Below are positions 27,301-35,162 of a stretch of DNA of 64,000 nucleotides, piece by piece. The DNA lies in NCBI GenBank assembly GCA_031375695.1, contig JANMIF010000512.1, positions 1,479 through 65,478 on the forward strand, read 5' to 3'. The position numbers and the translations under genes are program-made. This stretch comes from Planctomyces sp. (lineage in GTDB: Bacteria; Planctomycetota; Planctomycetia; Planctomycetales; Planctomycetaceae). How positions within the stretch are numbered: position 1 is the stretch's first letter; each line of letters begins with the position of its first letter. The notes under the pieces are model-generated. The model was not told where the DNA came from and made no database searches. It saw only the letters and a program-made list of their open reading frames with translations.

Positions 27301-28575
27301 CGTCCCATTGTGCCCGTTCGCCCCATCGGCGAGGAACGTATGTGTCTCTCCCGTGTGTGCTCCGCCGAGGATCTGCAAACTGTCGCCTGGAGCGCCGGTC
27401 TGCGTGCCGCCGTCGTAGAAGATGCCGCCGGCGGGAGCGAACAGCCCAGCGGCTGGGTTGTTGATTGTCAGCGTGTCGTTGCCGGCGAGGCCGTTGAATG
27501 TGAACGCGGTGATGCCGGAGAAACTGACGGCTGGTGCGCCGTTCAAGCTGTAGTTGCCCGAGTTGGCCCCGGTTGCCGTAACGACCACCGTGTCCGCGTT
27601 TGCCGTGCCAGGGAGGACGATCGTCGTGCCAACGAAGACCGGAGCGGCGGCCGGAAGCAGCGCCAAATCGGGCATTATCACGGCACCGGAAAGGAGGTTG
27701 CCGACCAACGTGGCCGCACCGGTGCTGAGATTGATCGAGTAAAACTTGGTCGGACCGGGACCGGCATCCGTAATCGAGGTAAATCCCGTGGCAGTCCCGT
27801 CAAGGATGTCGAACCCGCTTCCGTTTGTACCAGTTGCCACGACGCCGGTGGAACCGATCGTGGTGAGCTTCCCGGTGTTTGGTGAATCGGGTGACGCGTT
27901 CACGCTTCCCTGCCGGACAAGAATGTCTTTGAAAAAGTCGATCCCATACAACGTCGTGGTGCCAGTCACCGTCACATTTTGATCGTACGCGGCTGCGACG
28001 ATTGCAGGGTCGTCCCCGAAATTGGAATCCCCAGTGACAAATGCCAGTGGCGTGTCGGTGCCGGCCAGCGCGCCGTCATTCGGATTCACTCGCAAGTTCA
28101 CGTCGGCATTGCTGACGATACGGATGCGATCCACGCGCGGATTGAAGTCGAATCCGTAAAAAGCGCCATCAGTCAAAGTCGAAATGAACGGAGTCGAACC
28201 GACTTGAGTGGCTGCGCCCGTTGTGGTGTTAATCGTGTAGATGCGGCCTGCGCTGTCATTGACTCCAGCACCGTCGACGATTCCGAGAGCGTAGAGCTGC
28301 CCCGTCGCGGGACGGAAGTCGATCCCTTCAATCTGCTCGCCCGCCTGCAGGCCCGTAATCGCCACAGCCGCGCTCAACGCGACAGCGGGTGTCGCGCTGT
28401 CAAAGCTCGACAGTGTCGTTCCCGCAGCATCGACGACAAAAACGGGGGTCAGCAAGGTGCGTTCTTCCAGCCGTTCCAAGGGGACAGTCGACATGCGTTG
28501 GCGACGATTCGTGTTCAGGCGGCGTGGGGTGACGTTCTTCTTCATCCAGCTCAGAAACATTTTGGGAATCAACAT
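24349..28575 (-). CDS. giant secreted protein: LE.R.LL N-terminal motif + DUF4394 + ~4.4 tandem ~105-aa repeats + RTX calcium-binding nonapeptide repeats
   Basis: The N-terminus contains ...[26 protein letters not shown]. Also [17 protein letters not shown] and [15 protein letters not shown] (DUF4394), and [51 protein letters not shown] (RTX). The start is uncertain: ATG at 28575, 28560 or 28545. The track start at 28785 is probably too long. Confidence 0.9.
   Translation of the reverse strand: [1408 protein letters not shown]
25620..27005 (-). repeat. intragenic tandem repeat, period about 315 nt, alternating A-B-A-B similarity
   Basis: Units begin [14 protein letters not shown] / [15 protein letters not shown] / [15 protein letters not shown] / [15 protein letters not shown] / [15 protein letters not shown]. 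The nucleotide stretches around 26020-26260 and 26650-26890 are near-identical by eye. Confidence 0.85.
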
Positions 28576-28884
28576 GGGTGCGGTCCTTTGTTCAGCGATG
28601 TGGAACTTGGAAGTGAGCCAACTGATGGCGATCAGGTCGGGTTTTTTCACGCCGCAGAACCGCTCGCAGAATGGTTCAGCCGCGTGAAAAAAACGCCCGT
28701 CCCCCTTCCACCTTGATGGGAGTGGGAGCCAATCTAAGAACCTCATGGATAATGTCAACCAAGGCAGGATGCGTAGGCTGCGCAAAAGGAATGGTTGTCA
28801 AGAATGCAATTGTCGATCGGACGTCTTGGCGAAAAACGCCGCTTGACCGACTTTGTTTTTCACGACTACATTCCGCCCGCACTT

Positions 28885-28957
28885 GGGGCCGTAGCCAAGT
28901 GGCTAAGGCAACGGATTGCAAATCCGTCACGCGTGGGTTCAACTCCCACCGGCCCCT
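28885..28957 (+). tRNA. tRNA-Cys (anticodon GCA)
   Basis: GGGGCCG TA GCC AAGTGGCTAA GGC A ACGGA TTGCAAA TCCGT CACGC GTGGG TTCAACT CCCAC CGGCCCC T. Cloverleaf folded by hand. 7-bp acceptor stem; the CCA tail is not encoded. Confidence 0.9.
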
Positions 28958-28979
28958 CTGAGTCTTCGGAGACACGAAT

Positions 28980-29020
28980 AGCCTCTTTTCCTCAGGGAAA
29001 TGAGGCTTTTTTCGTTTTTC
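28980..29020 (+). terminator. hairpin + T-run after the tRNA-Cys gene
   Basis: agcctc(28980-28985)...gaggct(29002-29007) followed by tttttcgtttttcg. Confidence 0.65.
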
Positions 29021-29126
29021 GATCCCCGGCGTCGTGGTGAGCACCGACGCGATACCCAACTTCGTATAAAACACCAACTTCAGCGGTCAGCTATGGATCG
29101 CACCCGTCTCAACGAGGTTCACCACC

Positions 29127-30110
29127 GTGTCTCGACCAAGGTCGAACAATTTTCTGACGATCGTCCGAAGCCAAAGTCTGATTTGGCTTGGTGTGTTAAT
29201 TGTTGTTTCTTGGCTCAAACCGCCAGTAACTGCATGGGCCGAAGAAATGCCGACATCTCAGCCGGAACGAGTGATTCGCCGTGTCGCGGGGGCATCGGAG
29301 ATTGTGGTCACGACGACGGCACGCTTGGCGGGGGCGATTCATTCGCTGACGTGGAATGGGCAAGAATTTATCAACAGTGCCGATCACGGCCGGCAGCTTC
29401 AAGCGGCGTGCAGCTTTGATGCGGGATCGGCGTTTTGGGCGGAGTCGTACAACCCGACCGAGGCGGGATCGCGAGATGATGGTGCCGGGCTGAAGTCCAC
29501 AAGCCAGTTGTTGCACTCGTTCGCGACACCCGACAGTTTGCAGACGACAACTCAAATGGCGTTTTGGCTTGCGCCGGGGCAAGAGTCAGCCGGGCATCCC
29601 GCGAAGAACACCACGCGGCTGTCGAATCATTTGCTCACTAAGCGAGTGCAGATCGGATTTCGAGACTTGTCGCACGTCGTGCGATTTGATGTGACGTTTC
29701 AAGTGCCGATTGGCGAGAAGCACACGTTCGCACAATTTGAAGCGGCCACCGGTTACATGCCGCCGGAGTTCTCGTCATTTTGGACGTTCGAACCGAAGAC
29801 CGGCCAATTGCAACCGTTGTCGGACGGGCCGGGCGAACAGTCGCTTCCAATTGTGCTTTCGACCGAGTCTGGGAACCACGCGATGGGGATCTATTCTCCG
29901 GATCAGCCATCGGCTGGGTTTGAAGGGGCAGGCTATGGTCGCTGGAGATTTCAGGCGGAAAAAGTCGTGAAGTGGAATTGCGTCTTTCGACAGCGGCGGC
30001 CCGAAGGGATTGCGGCGGGCGAGTATTCGTTCCGAAATTTCGTGGTGGTCGGGGATCGCGATACGGTCAGGAAGTCGCTGGCGGAATTGATCGCCCGAAA
30101 CAAATCGTAG
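29127..30110 (+). CDS. hypothetical secreted protein
   Basis: 327 aa, GTG start. N-terminal hydrophobic segment LIWLGVLIVVSWL. No family recognised. Confidence 0.65.
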   Translation: MSRPRSNNFLTIVRSQSLIWLGVLIVVSWLKPPVTAWAEEMPTSQPERVIRRVAGASEIVVTTTARLAGAIHSLTWNGQEFINSADHGRQLQAACSFDAGSAFWAESYNPTEAGSRDDGAGLKSTSQLLHSFATPDSLQTTTQMAFWLAPGQESAGHPAKNTTRLSNHLLTKRVQIGFRDLSHVVRFDVTFQVPIGEKHTFAQFEAATGYMPPEFSSFWTFEPKTGQLQPLSDGPGEQSLPIVLSTESGNHAMGIYSPDQPSAGFEGAGYGRWRFQAEKVVKWNCVFRQRRPEGIAAGEYSFRNFVVVGDRDTVRKSLAELIARNKS

Positions 30111-30259
30111 TGCGGGTGGCTTTGCCTGCATCTGCGTCGCTAAGGGCAACGCGACTCAGGCGGACCGCCTGAGCTAAGGGATGCGCGACACGGAAGCCAA
30201 TTGTTTCGCCACGGATCTCATGCCAGAATCTCCGCTGGGGAACGCCGTTAATCAACGAG

Positions 30260-31468
30260 GTGTATTTCGTGGCGAATAAGAGTGTCTTAGCAGCGGTCAA
30301 AGAGGGCAAGCAGGCTCTGGCCAAATTCCGTTCAGCGAACGCCAATGTGCTGCTCGATCTGACCGAGGCCGATTTGCGCGATGCCGATCTGCGCGGTATG
30401 AATCTGCGCCGCGTGTTGCTCGTCGGAGCCAAACTAACTCGCGCCGATTTGACGGGCGCCATGTTGATCGAAGCGGACCTGACGCGAGCGAATTTGAAAT
30501 TGGCCAAACTGCCGAAAGCCAATCTGCATCGAGCCAATCTGTTCAAAGCACAGATCACGGAAGCCGATGCCACTGAAGCGGACTTCAGCCGCGCCAATTT
30601 GAATGGCGTGGACATGTCGAAGTCGAATCTGTCGCAAGCCAACTTCGTTGAGGCGGATCTCACGAAAGTCGAAATGTCGGACGCGAAGGTGTTCGGCACG
30701 GATTTCAGTTTGGCTAAGTTCGCCGACACGCACGCTTCGCGATTGCAGTGCGGTTGGACTCGTTTCGGGAATTGCGATCTGACTCAAGTGACCGGATTGG
30801 ACACGGCTACTCACGCCGGTCCGAGTAGCATCGGCCTGGATACCTGGCTGCGAGCTCGCGGTCGGATTCCGGCGGACTTTTTGTTGGGAAGCGGCTTACC
30901 GGCGGATGTGGTTTCCTCGCTCCGCACGTTGGCGGCACCGACGACTCTTTGTTTCATCCGTTTCAGTCACGAAGACGTGTCGTTCGCCGAGCGATTGGCG
31001 GCTGGGTTGCGACAAGTCGGATTGGTTTGTTGGCTCGACGAAATGCCCGATGCCGCGCGCGTCGAGCCACCGTTGGAGGCTCAGTACGATTCGCAACAGC
31101 CACATAAAGTGATTCTGTTGGCCTCGAAGAATTCCCTGACAGCCCCGTGGATTGAAACTGAAGTCGGCCGGTTGTTGGACCGTGAGCAACAAATCAAAAA
31201 GGAGACCGGCCAAGAGCTCAAGCTGCTGCTGCCGTTGATCCTGGACGGTTTTTTGTTTGGTGGCGATGCCAAAGGCAAACACGATAAAGCGATCGCGGCG
31301 CATGTGGTCGCCGACTTCAACGGCTGGCGTCGCAATGACACAAAGTTTGACGAAGTCTTGCCCAAAGTATTGATCACGCTTGGCGCGCAGTCGCGAAAGC
31401 CCGAAGCCCCCAAAGAGGAGGGCAAAGGGGCATTCGGCTGGTTTCGGAAGAAGGATGACGATGAGTAA
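30260..31468 (+). CDS. pentapeptide-repeat protein fused to a C-terminal TIR domain
   Basis: 402 aa (alternative GTG at 30269). Residues ~33-160 are A(D/N)LxX pentapeptide repeats (ADLRDADLRGMNLRRVLLVGAKLTRADLTGAMLIEADLTRANL...). Residues ~229-372 are TIR_2-like: CFIRFSHEDVSFAERLAAGLRQVGLVCWLDE ... VILLASKNSLTAPWIETEV. Confidence 0.8.
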   Translation: MYFVANKSVLAAVKEGKQALAKFRSANANVLLDLTEADLRDADLRGMNLRRVLLVGAKLTRADLTGAMLIEADLTRANLKLAKLPKANLHRANLFKAQITEADATEADFSRANLNGVDMSKSNLSQANFVEADLTKVEMSDAKVFGTDFSLAKFADTHASRLQCGWTRFGNCDLTQVTGLDTATHAGPSSIGLDTWLRARGRIPADFLLGSGLPADVVSSLRTLAAPTTLCFIRFSHEDVSFAERLAAGLRQVGLVCWLDEMPDAARVEPPLEAQYDSQQPHKVILLASKNSLTAPWIETEVGRLLDREQQIKKETGQELKLLLPLILDGFLFGGDAKGKHDKAIAAHVVADFNGWRRNDTKFDEVLPKVLITLGAQSRKPEAPKEEGKGAFGWFRKKDDDE

Positions 31469-31477
31469 GATTCCTTG

Positions 31478-31714
31478 TCATGGCCAATCGACACCGCCGG
31501 GGTGCCAGGGATGACAGCGGCAGATGCGTCTGAGACCTCGCCATGCTCCGCGGATCGCGCCGTATTTCCGCACGGCCAGAATAAAGTACTCGCTGCAAGT
31601 CGGATGAAACCGGCACTGTCGGCCGATGAGGTGGCTCAGTGTGAGTTGGTACAATCGAACCGCGCCGATGAGCAGCATCGTGGGTATGTGGATGATTCGC
31701 TGCAGCCAGTTCAT
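31478..31714 (-). CDS. yidD: membrane protein insertion efficiency factor YidD
   Basis: 78 aa from ATG 31714: MNWLQRIIHIPTMLLIGAVRLYQLTLSHLIGRQCRFHPTCSEYFILAVRKYGAIRGAWRGLRRICRCHPWHPGGVDWP. Only the C-terminal third of track ORF 31478-32251 is real. Confidence 0.85.
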   Translation of the reverse strand: MNWLQRIIHIPTMLLIGAVRLYQLTLSHLIGRQCRFHPTCSEYFILAVRKYGAIRGAWRGLRRICRCHPWHPGGVDWP

Positions 31715-31786
31715 GATTGCCGTCTCATTCTTTGACCCCGTTCTACTTCTACTTCTACAAACACTTCCAAGGTTGGGAGCTTCGCG

Positions 31787-32596
31787 ATGAACACCTTTCG
31801 GATTCAACCGAGTCACATTGATCAGTATGAAGAAGACGGCTTCTTCGTCGTTCCGAATTTGTTGGATGCGGCAGAAGTTCAGTTGCTGTCGCAGATTGCT
31901 CGCGCGGATCATGAACTGCAACGGCAAAAGGCGACTCGGGCGGATGGCGAAGGGGGGGCGATTGATCTGGTGGTGAGCAACGACTTGCCAACCGATTCGA
32001 TTTACGGCGCGATTGTTCGCAGCGAACGGATCGTCTCCGTGATGGAGACGCTGCTGCTCGACGAGGTTTATCACTATCACCACAAAATGATCTTGAAGGA
32101 ACCGCGAGTCGGCGGGGCCTGGGCGTGGCATCAGGATTACGGCTACTGGTACAGCAACGGTTGTTTGTTCCCGCACCTGGCGAGCTGCATGATCGCGGTG
32201 GATCGGGCGACTCGCGAGAACGGCTGTCTGCAAGTACTGCGCGGGTCGCAACGGCTAGGTCGAATTGATCATGGAAAGGTCGGCGATCAGACCGGCGCGG
32301 ACTTGGAACATGTCCAGGCGGCGTGCGAGCGACTGGAGTTGGTCCACGTCGAACTCGACCCCGGTTCGGCGATCTTCTTTGACTGCAACTTGCTACACCG
32401 ATCGGATCAGAACCGGAGCGATCAGCCGCGCTGGGCGTTCATCGGCTGCTACAACGCTCGGCACAACGATCCGTACAAAGAGTCCCGGCATCCGCGTTAC
32501 TCGCCGCTGGAGATGTGGTCCGATTCGCGCGTTCAAGAAGTGGGGCTGCGGCAGTGGGAGAAACTGCGCGGGGCGGTGAGGCCGTCGAACCCCTAA
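31787..32596 (+). CDS. phytanoyl-CoA dioxygenase (PhyH) family Fe(II)/2-oxoglutarate oxygenase
   Basis: 269 aa. Contains YEEDGFFVVPNLL, WHQDYGYW, ENGCLQVLRGSQ and FFDCNLLHRSDQN. Confidence 0.85.
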   Translation: MNTFRIQPSHIDQYEEDGFFVVPNLLDAAEVQLLSQIARADHELQRQKATRADGEGGAIDLVVSNDLPTDSIYGAIVRSERIVSVMETLLLDEVYHYHHKMILKEPRVGGAWAWHQDYGYWYSNGCLFPHLASCMIAVDRATRENGCLQVLRGSQRLGRIDHGKVGDQTGADLEHVQAACERLELVHVELDPGSAIFFDCNLLHRSDQNRSDQPRWAFIGCYNARHNDPYKESRHPRYSPLEMWSDSRVQEVGLRQWEKLRGAVRPSNP

Positions 32597-32730
32597 GTTC
32601 GTTGCATTTTCCGAGAAGCTGTTCGGGTCGTTGAAGCTACGGTGAACAGGGCCGCTCTACCCGATGTGTAAATTGTCTTGGCGCGGCGATTCGCATTGTG
32701 CGAATTGTCTGCCGCGTGACAAAGCACTCG

Positions 32731-32759
32731 TTGACAATTTTTCATTCCAGGGGTAAGTT
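32731..32759 (+). promoter_or_regulatory. sigma70-like promoter candidate (TTGACA-17-TAAGTT)
   Basis: ttgaca (32731-32736), a 17-nt spacer, then taagtt (32754-32759). It lies about 275 nt upstream of the DUF1573 gene. Confidence 0.35.
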
Positions 32760-33034
32760 CCTGCGGCAGTGGTTGCCGATGGGACAGGCGAGAATACAAC
32801 CCGCTGCCTGAACTCAAGTTGGAGCGGTTGAGCTTCTTGCCCGCACCCTGGCTGGGTGATTTGGAGTTAGTCTGAGTCTGTCTTCAATGCTACGTTGGCG
32901 ACGCGAATTCCGCCCGCCAAGTGCGTTGCCGATTGACCAGGAATCTTGAAGCGGGAATGAGTTCAATGTTCACCGGGAGGCGGTGAACTACTTCCTCTCT
33001 GCCGCGAACGGGGCTGGACCGCGTTCGTTCGGCC

Positions 33035-34072
33035 ATGCGAGAACACATCATGTTGACTATTCGACGAAGAGCTTGCTTGGCATTGATTCTGGGGGTCGCT
33101 AGTGCCAGCAGCGTGTCTGCTCAGGAATTGACCTGGGCGGAGAAGATGTTTGACCAGCGCAAGATCGACTTTGGCGTGGTGGCCCGTGGGTCCGATGCCG
33201 TCGTCCGGGTGAAGATCACCAACTTGTACAAGCAGCAGGTTCACATCGCTGACGTAAGCACGACCTGCGGTTGCTCGGCGGGCAAACCCTCCAAGACTTC
33301 ACTCGAAAGCTTGGAAGAAGGGTATATTGAAGTCACGATGAACACTCAAAAGTTCACGCGACGCAAAGACTCGAATGTGATCATCAAGATCGACGCTCCG
33401 TTGTACGCCGAGGTGAAGATTCCGATCACCGCCTACATCCGCACGGACGTGGTCTTCGAACCGGGTTCGGTGAACTTTGGTGCGGTCGAGATGGGCAAGG
33501 AAGCCACTCGCAAGATCAAGCTGCAATACGCCGGTCGCGATGACTGGAAAGTCACCGAAGTGCGCAGCCGCAGTCAAGCGGTCACGGCCAAAGCGGTCGA
33601 GGTCACTCGTGGCAGCGGTCGAGTTGATTACGACATCGTCGTCAGTCTCGCTCCGAATGCTCCCGTCGGGCCGATCCGCGAACAACTGACGCTGGTAACT
33701 GACGATCAAAATAGCCCGCAAGTCCCGCTGCTGGTCGAAGCCAACGTCGAAGCAGACGTGATGATCACTCCGTCGGTCGTGTCGCTAGGCGTCATGAAGC
33801 CGGGCGAAGCGAAGCAATTCAACGTCGTGATTAAGGGCAAATCGCCAATCCAAATCGACAAGATCGAATGCGACAGCGATACGGGTATCTTCAAAGTCCG
33901 TCTGCCACAGACGATGGCTCAGGTTCATGTGTTGCCGATGACGATCACCGCTCCGGATAAACCGGGTGCGATTATTCAGGAAGAGTTCACTGTGACTGTC
34001 AACGGCCGACCGACAACCATTTCCTTCAAGGCGATGGGCAAGGTTCTGGAAGCCACGGTCACAGGTTTGTAG
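33035..34072 (+). CDS. DUF1573 domain-containing secreted protein (three Ig-like repeats)
   Basis: 345 aa. Signal peptide, IDFGVVARGSDAVVRVKITNLYKQQVHIADVSTTCGCS, then repeated VNFGAVEMG and VSLGVMKPG modules. Alternative ATG at 33050. Confidence 0.85.
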   Translation: MREHIMLTIRRRACLALILGVASASSVSAQELTWAEKMFDQRKIDFGVVARGSDAVVRVKITNLYKQQVHIADVSTTCGCSAGKPSKTSLESLEEGYIEVTMNTQKFTRRKDSNVIIKIDAPLYAEVKIPITAYIRTDVVFEPGSVNFGAVEMGKEATRKIKLQYAGRDDWKVTEVRSRSQAVTAKAVEVTRGSGRVDYDIVVSLAPNAPVGPIREQLTLVTDDQNSPQVPLLVEANVEADVMITPSVVSLGVMKPGEAKQFNVVIKGKSPIQIDKIECDSDTGIFKVRLPQTMAQVHVLPMTITAPDKPGAIIQEEFTVTVNGRPTTISFKAMGKVLEATVTGL

Positions 34073-34105
34073 TCACTTCAGAACGTTGATCCTTTTCTCT
34101 CAACC

Positions 34106-34148
34106 AAATCCCCGGTCGTACCTGATGCGACCGGGGATTTTGTTTTTT
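34106..34148 (+). terminator. rho-independent terminator
   Basis: aaatccccggtcg(34106-34118) / cgaccggggattt(34128-34140) followed by tgtttttt. Confidence 0.85.
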
Positions 34149-34253
34149 ACGAGACGTTTGCTGAAAGCGCTGTTTGCCGACCCGGTGGAATCTGATATCC
34201 CCCCAGAGTGCTGCGGTTCGACGCAGCCCTCAAAGGTCGTAACAGGATCGATA

Positions 34254-34916
34254 ATGGAACGTAGTTTGGCTATTGGATCGGCCGATCGGTTTGAGATCGC
34301 CGAGATCTCGAATCAATGGACTCACGGAGTTGGCTTCGCGTTGAGTCTTCCCGCCGGTTGGTGTCTGTTGCGTGCGGCGGTGGAACGCGAGAACCCGTGG
34401 TTGAGCGTCGGATGTCTGATTTACGCCGTGACATTGTCGCTGCTGTACGCGGCCTCAACCTTGTCGCACAGTTTCCGGCGCGGCATCTGGCGGCACCGCT
34501 TTCGGACGTTCGATCAGGTTTGCATTTTTCTGTTGATCGCGGGGAATTACACGCCGTTTGGTCTTACATATCTGCGTGACGGTTGGGGCGGCGCGTTGTT
34601 GGTGGCGATGTGGTGCTTAGCCGTCGTGGGCATCCTCTTGAAGCTGACTCGAACCCGGCAACATGGCGTTGCAACGTGGTTTTATGTGCTGATGGGTTGG
34701 ATTCCGATTGTGGCTTTGCCGGAGTTCTATCGCTGCTTTGGACTGGACGGTCTGTCTTGGGTCTTCGCGGGCGGTTTGGCCTATTCGGCTGGTACGTGGT
34801 TCTTCATGAATGACGAGCGCCGCTTGTTTTATCACGCGGTGTGGCATGTGTTGGTGATGCTGGGCAGCGTCTGCCATTTCGTCGTGGTCCTGAAGTATGT
34901 GGTCGGCTGCGCGTAA
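34254..34916 (+). CDS. hemolysin III / PAQR family channel protein
   Basis: From ATG 34254 (AGGA Shine-Dalgarno): 220 aa, 7 TM. Contains LLYAASTLSHS, DQVCIFLLIAGNYTPF and HAVWHVLVMLGSVCHF. Confidence 0.85.
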   Translation: MERSLAIGSADRFEIAEISNQWTHGVGFALSLPAGWCLLRAAVERENPWLSVGCLIYAVTLSLLYAASTLSHSFRRGIWRHRFRTFDQVCIFLLIAGNYTPFGLTYLRDGWGGALLVAMWCLAVVGILLKLTRTRQHGVATWFYVLMGWIPIVALPEFYRCFGLDGLSWVFAGGLAYSAGTWFFMNDERRLFYHAVWHVLVMLGSVCHFVVVLKYVVGCA

Positions 34917-35162
34917 TCCGTGCGATTTCTTTGCGCTGGCGAGTGGGGCCGCGTTAGCCACGGTGGTGCGGAATTGTCGAATTCTCAGCCCAGTCGGGGG
35001 GCTGATGCCGCGCCGCTCGCGAAGTCGTTCATGCAAACATCGACGCGCGAAATTTCTGACTGGCCGCTGGATGCGCGGCGGTTGGCTCGATTACAACTGT
35101 GGACCGTTTTCGGTGTGATTTCACCGTGCTTTTCGGTTCCGTGTTTTCGTCAGGAGTCTGTC

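Noticed and set aside
1-28575. Link between the RTX protein and the HlyD-type adaptors as a type I secretion system
   Set aside because: The adaptors are about 22 kb away on a separate operon, with metal-type Cys/His features. No ABC exporter or TolC-like gene lies next to the RTX gene.
24283-28716. Many plus-strand ORFs (24283-25266, 26797-27261, 27310-27885, 27979-28716 and others) inside the giant RTX gene
   Set aside because: They are antisense to a continuous 1400-aa ORF with recognisable domains. The repeats and GC-rich codons keep the opposite strand open.
28671-29077. ORFs 28671-28961(+), 28676-29077(-) and 28795-29040(+) overlapping the tRNA
   Set aside because: They span the tRNA-Cys gene and its terminator, and no coding signal is visible.
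30067-30729. 220-aa minus-strand ORF antisense to the pentapeptide-repeat region
   Set aside because: The repetitive A(D/N)LxX coding sequence stays open on the opposite strand by symmetry. The antisense product is low-complexity (ASA/SAR-rich) and has no start context.
28885-31800. Possible genomic island or integrated element at tRNA-Cys carrying the TIR gene
   Set aside because: I found no integrase, recombinase or transposase ORF and no direct repeat of the tRNA 3' end (ctcccaccggcccc) downstream in the window. Base composition does not visibly differ from the flanks. tRNA proximity is kept only as context for the TIR finding.
31715-32251. N-terminal 179 aa of the 257-aa ORF containing yidD
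   Set aside because: It overlaps the well-supported PhyH gene on the plus strand and has R/H/Q-rich nonsense composition. YidD homology begins only at the ATG at 31714.
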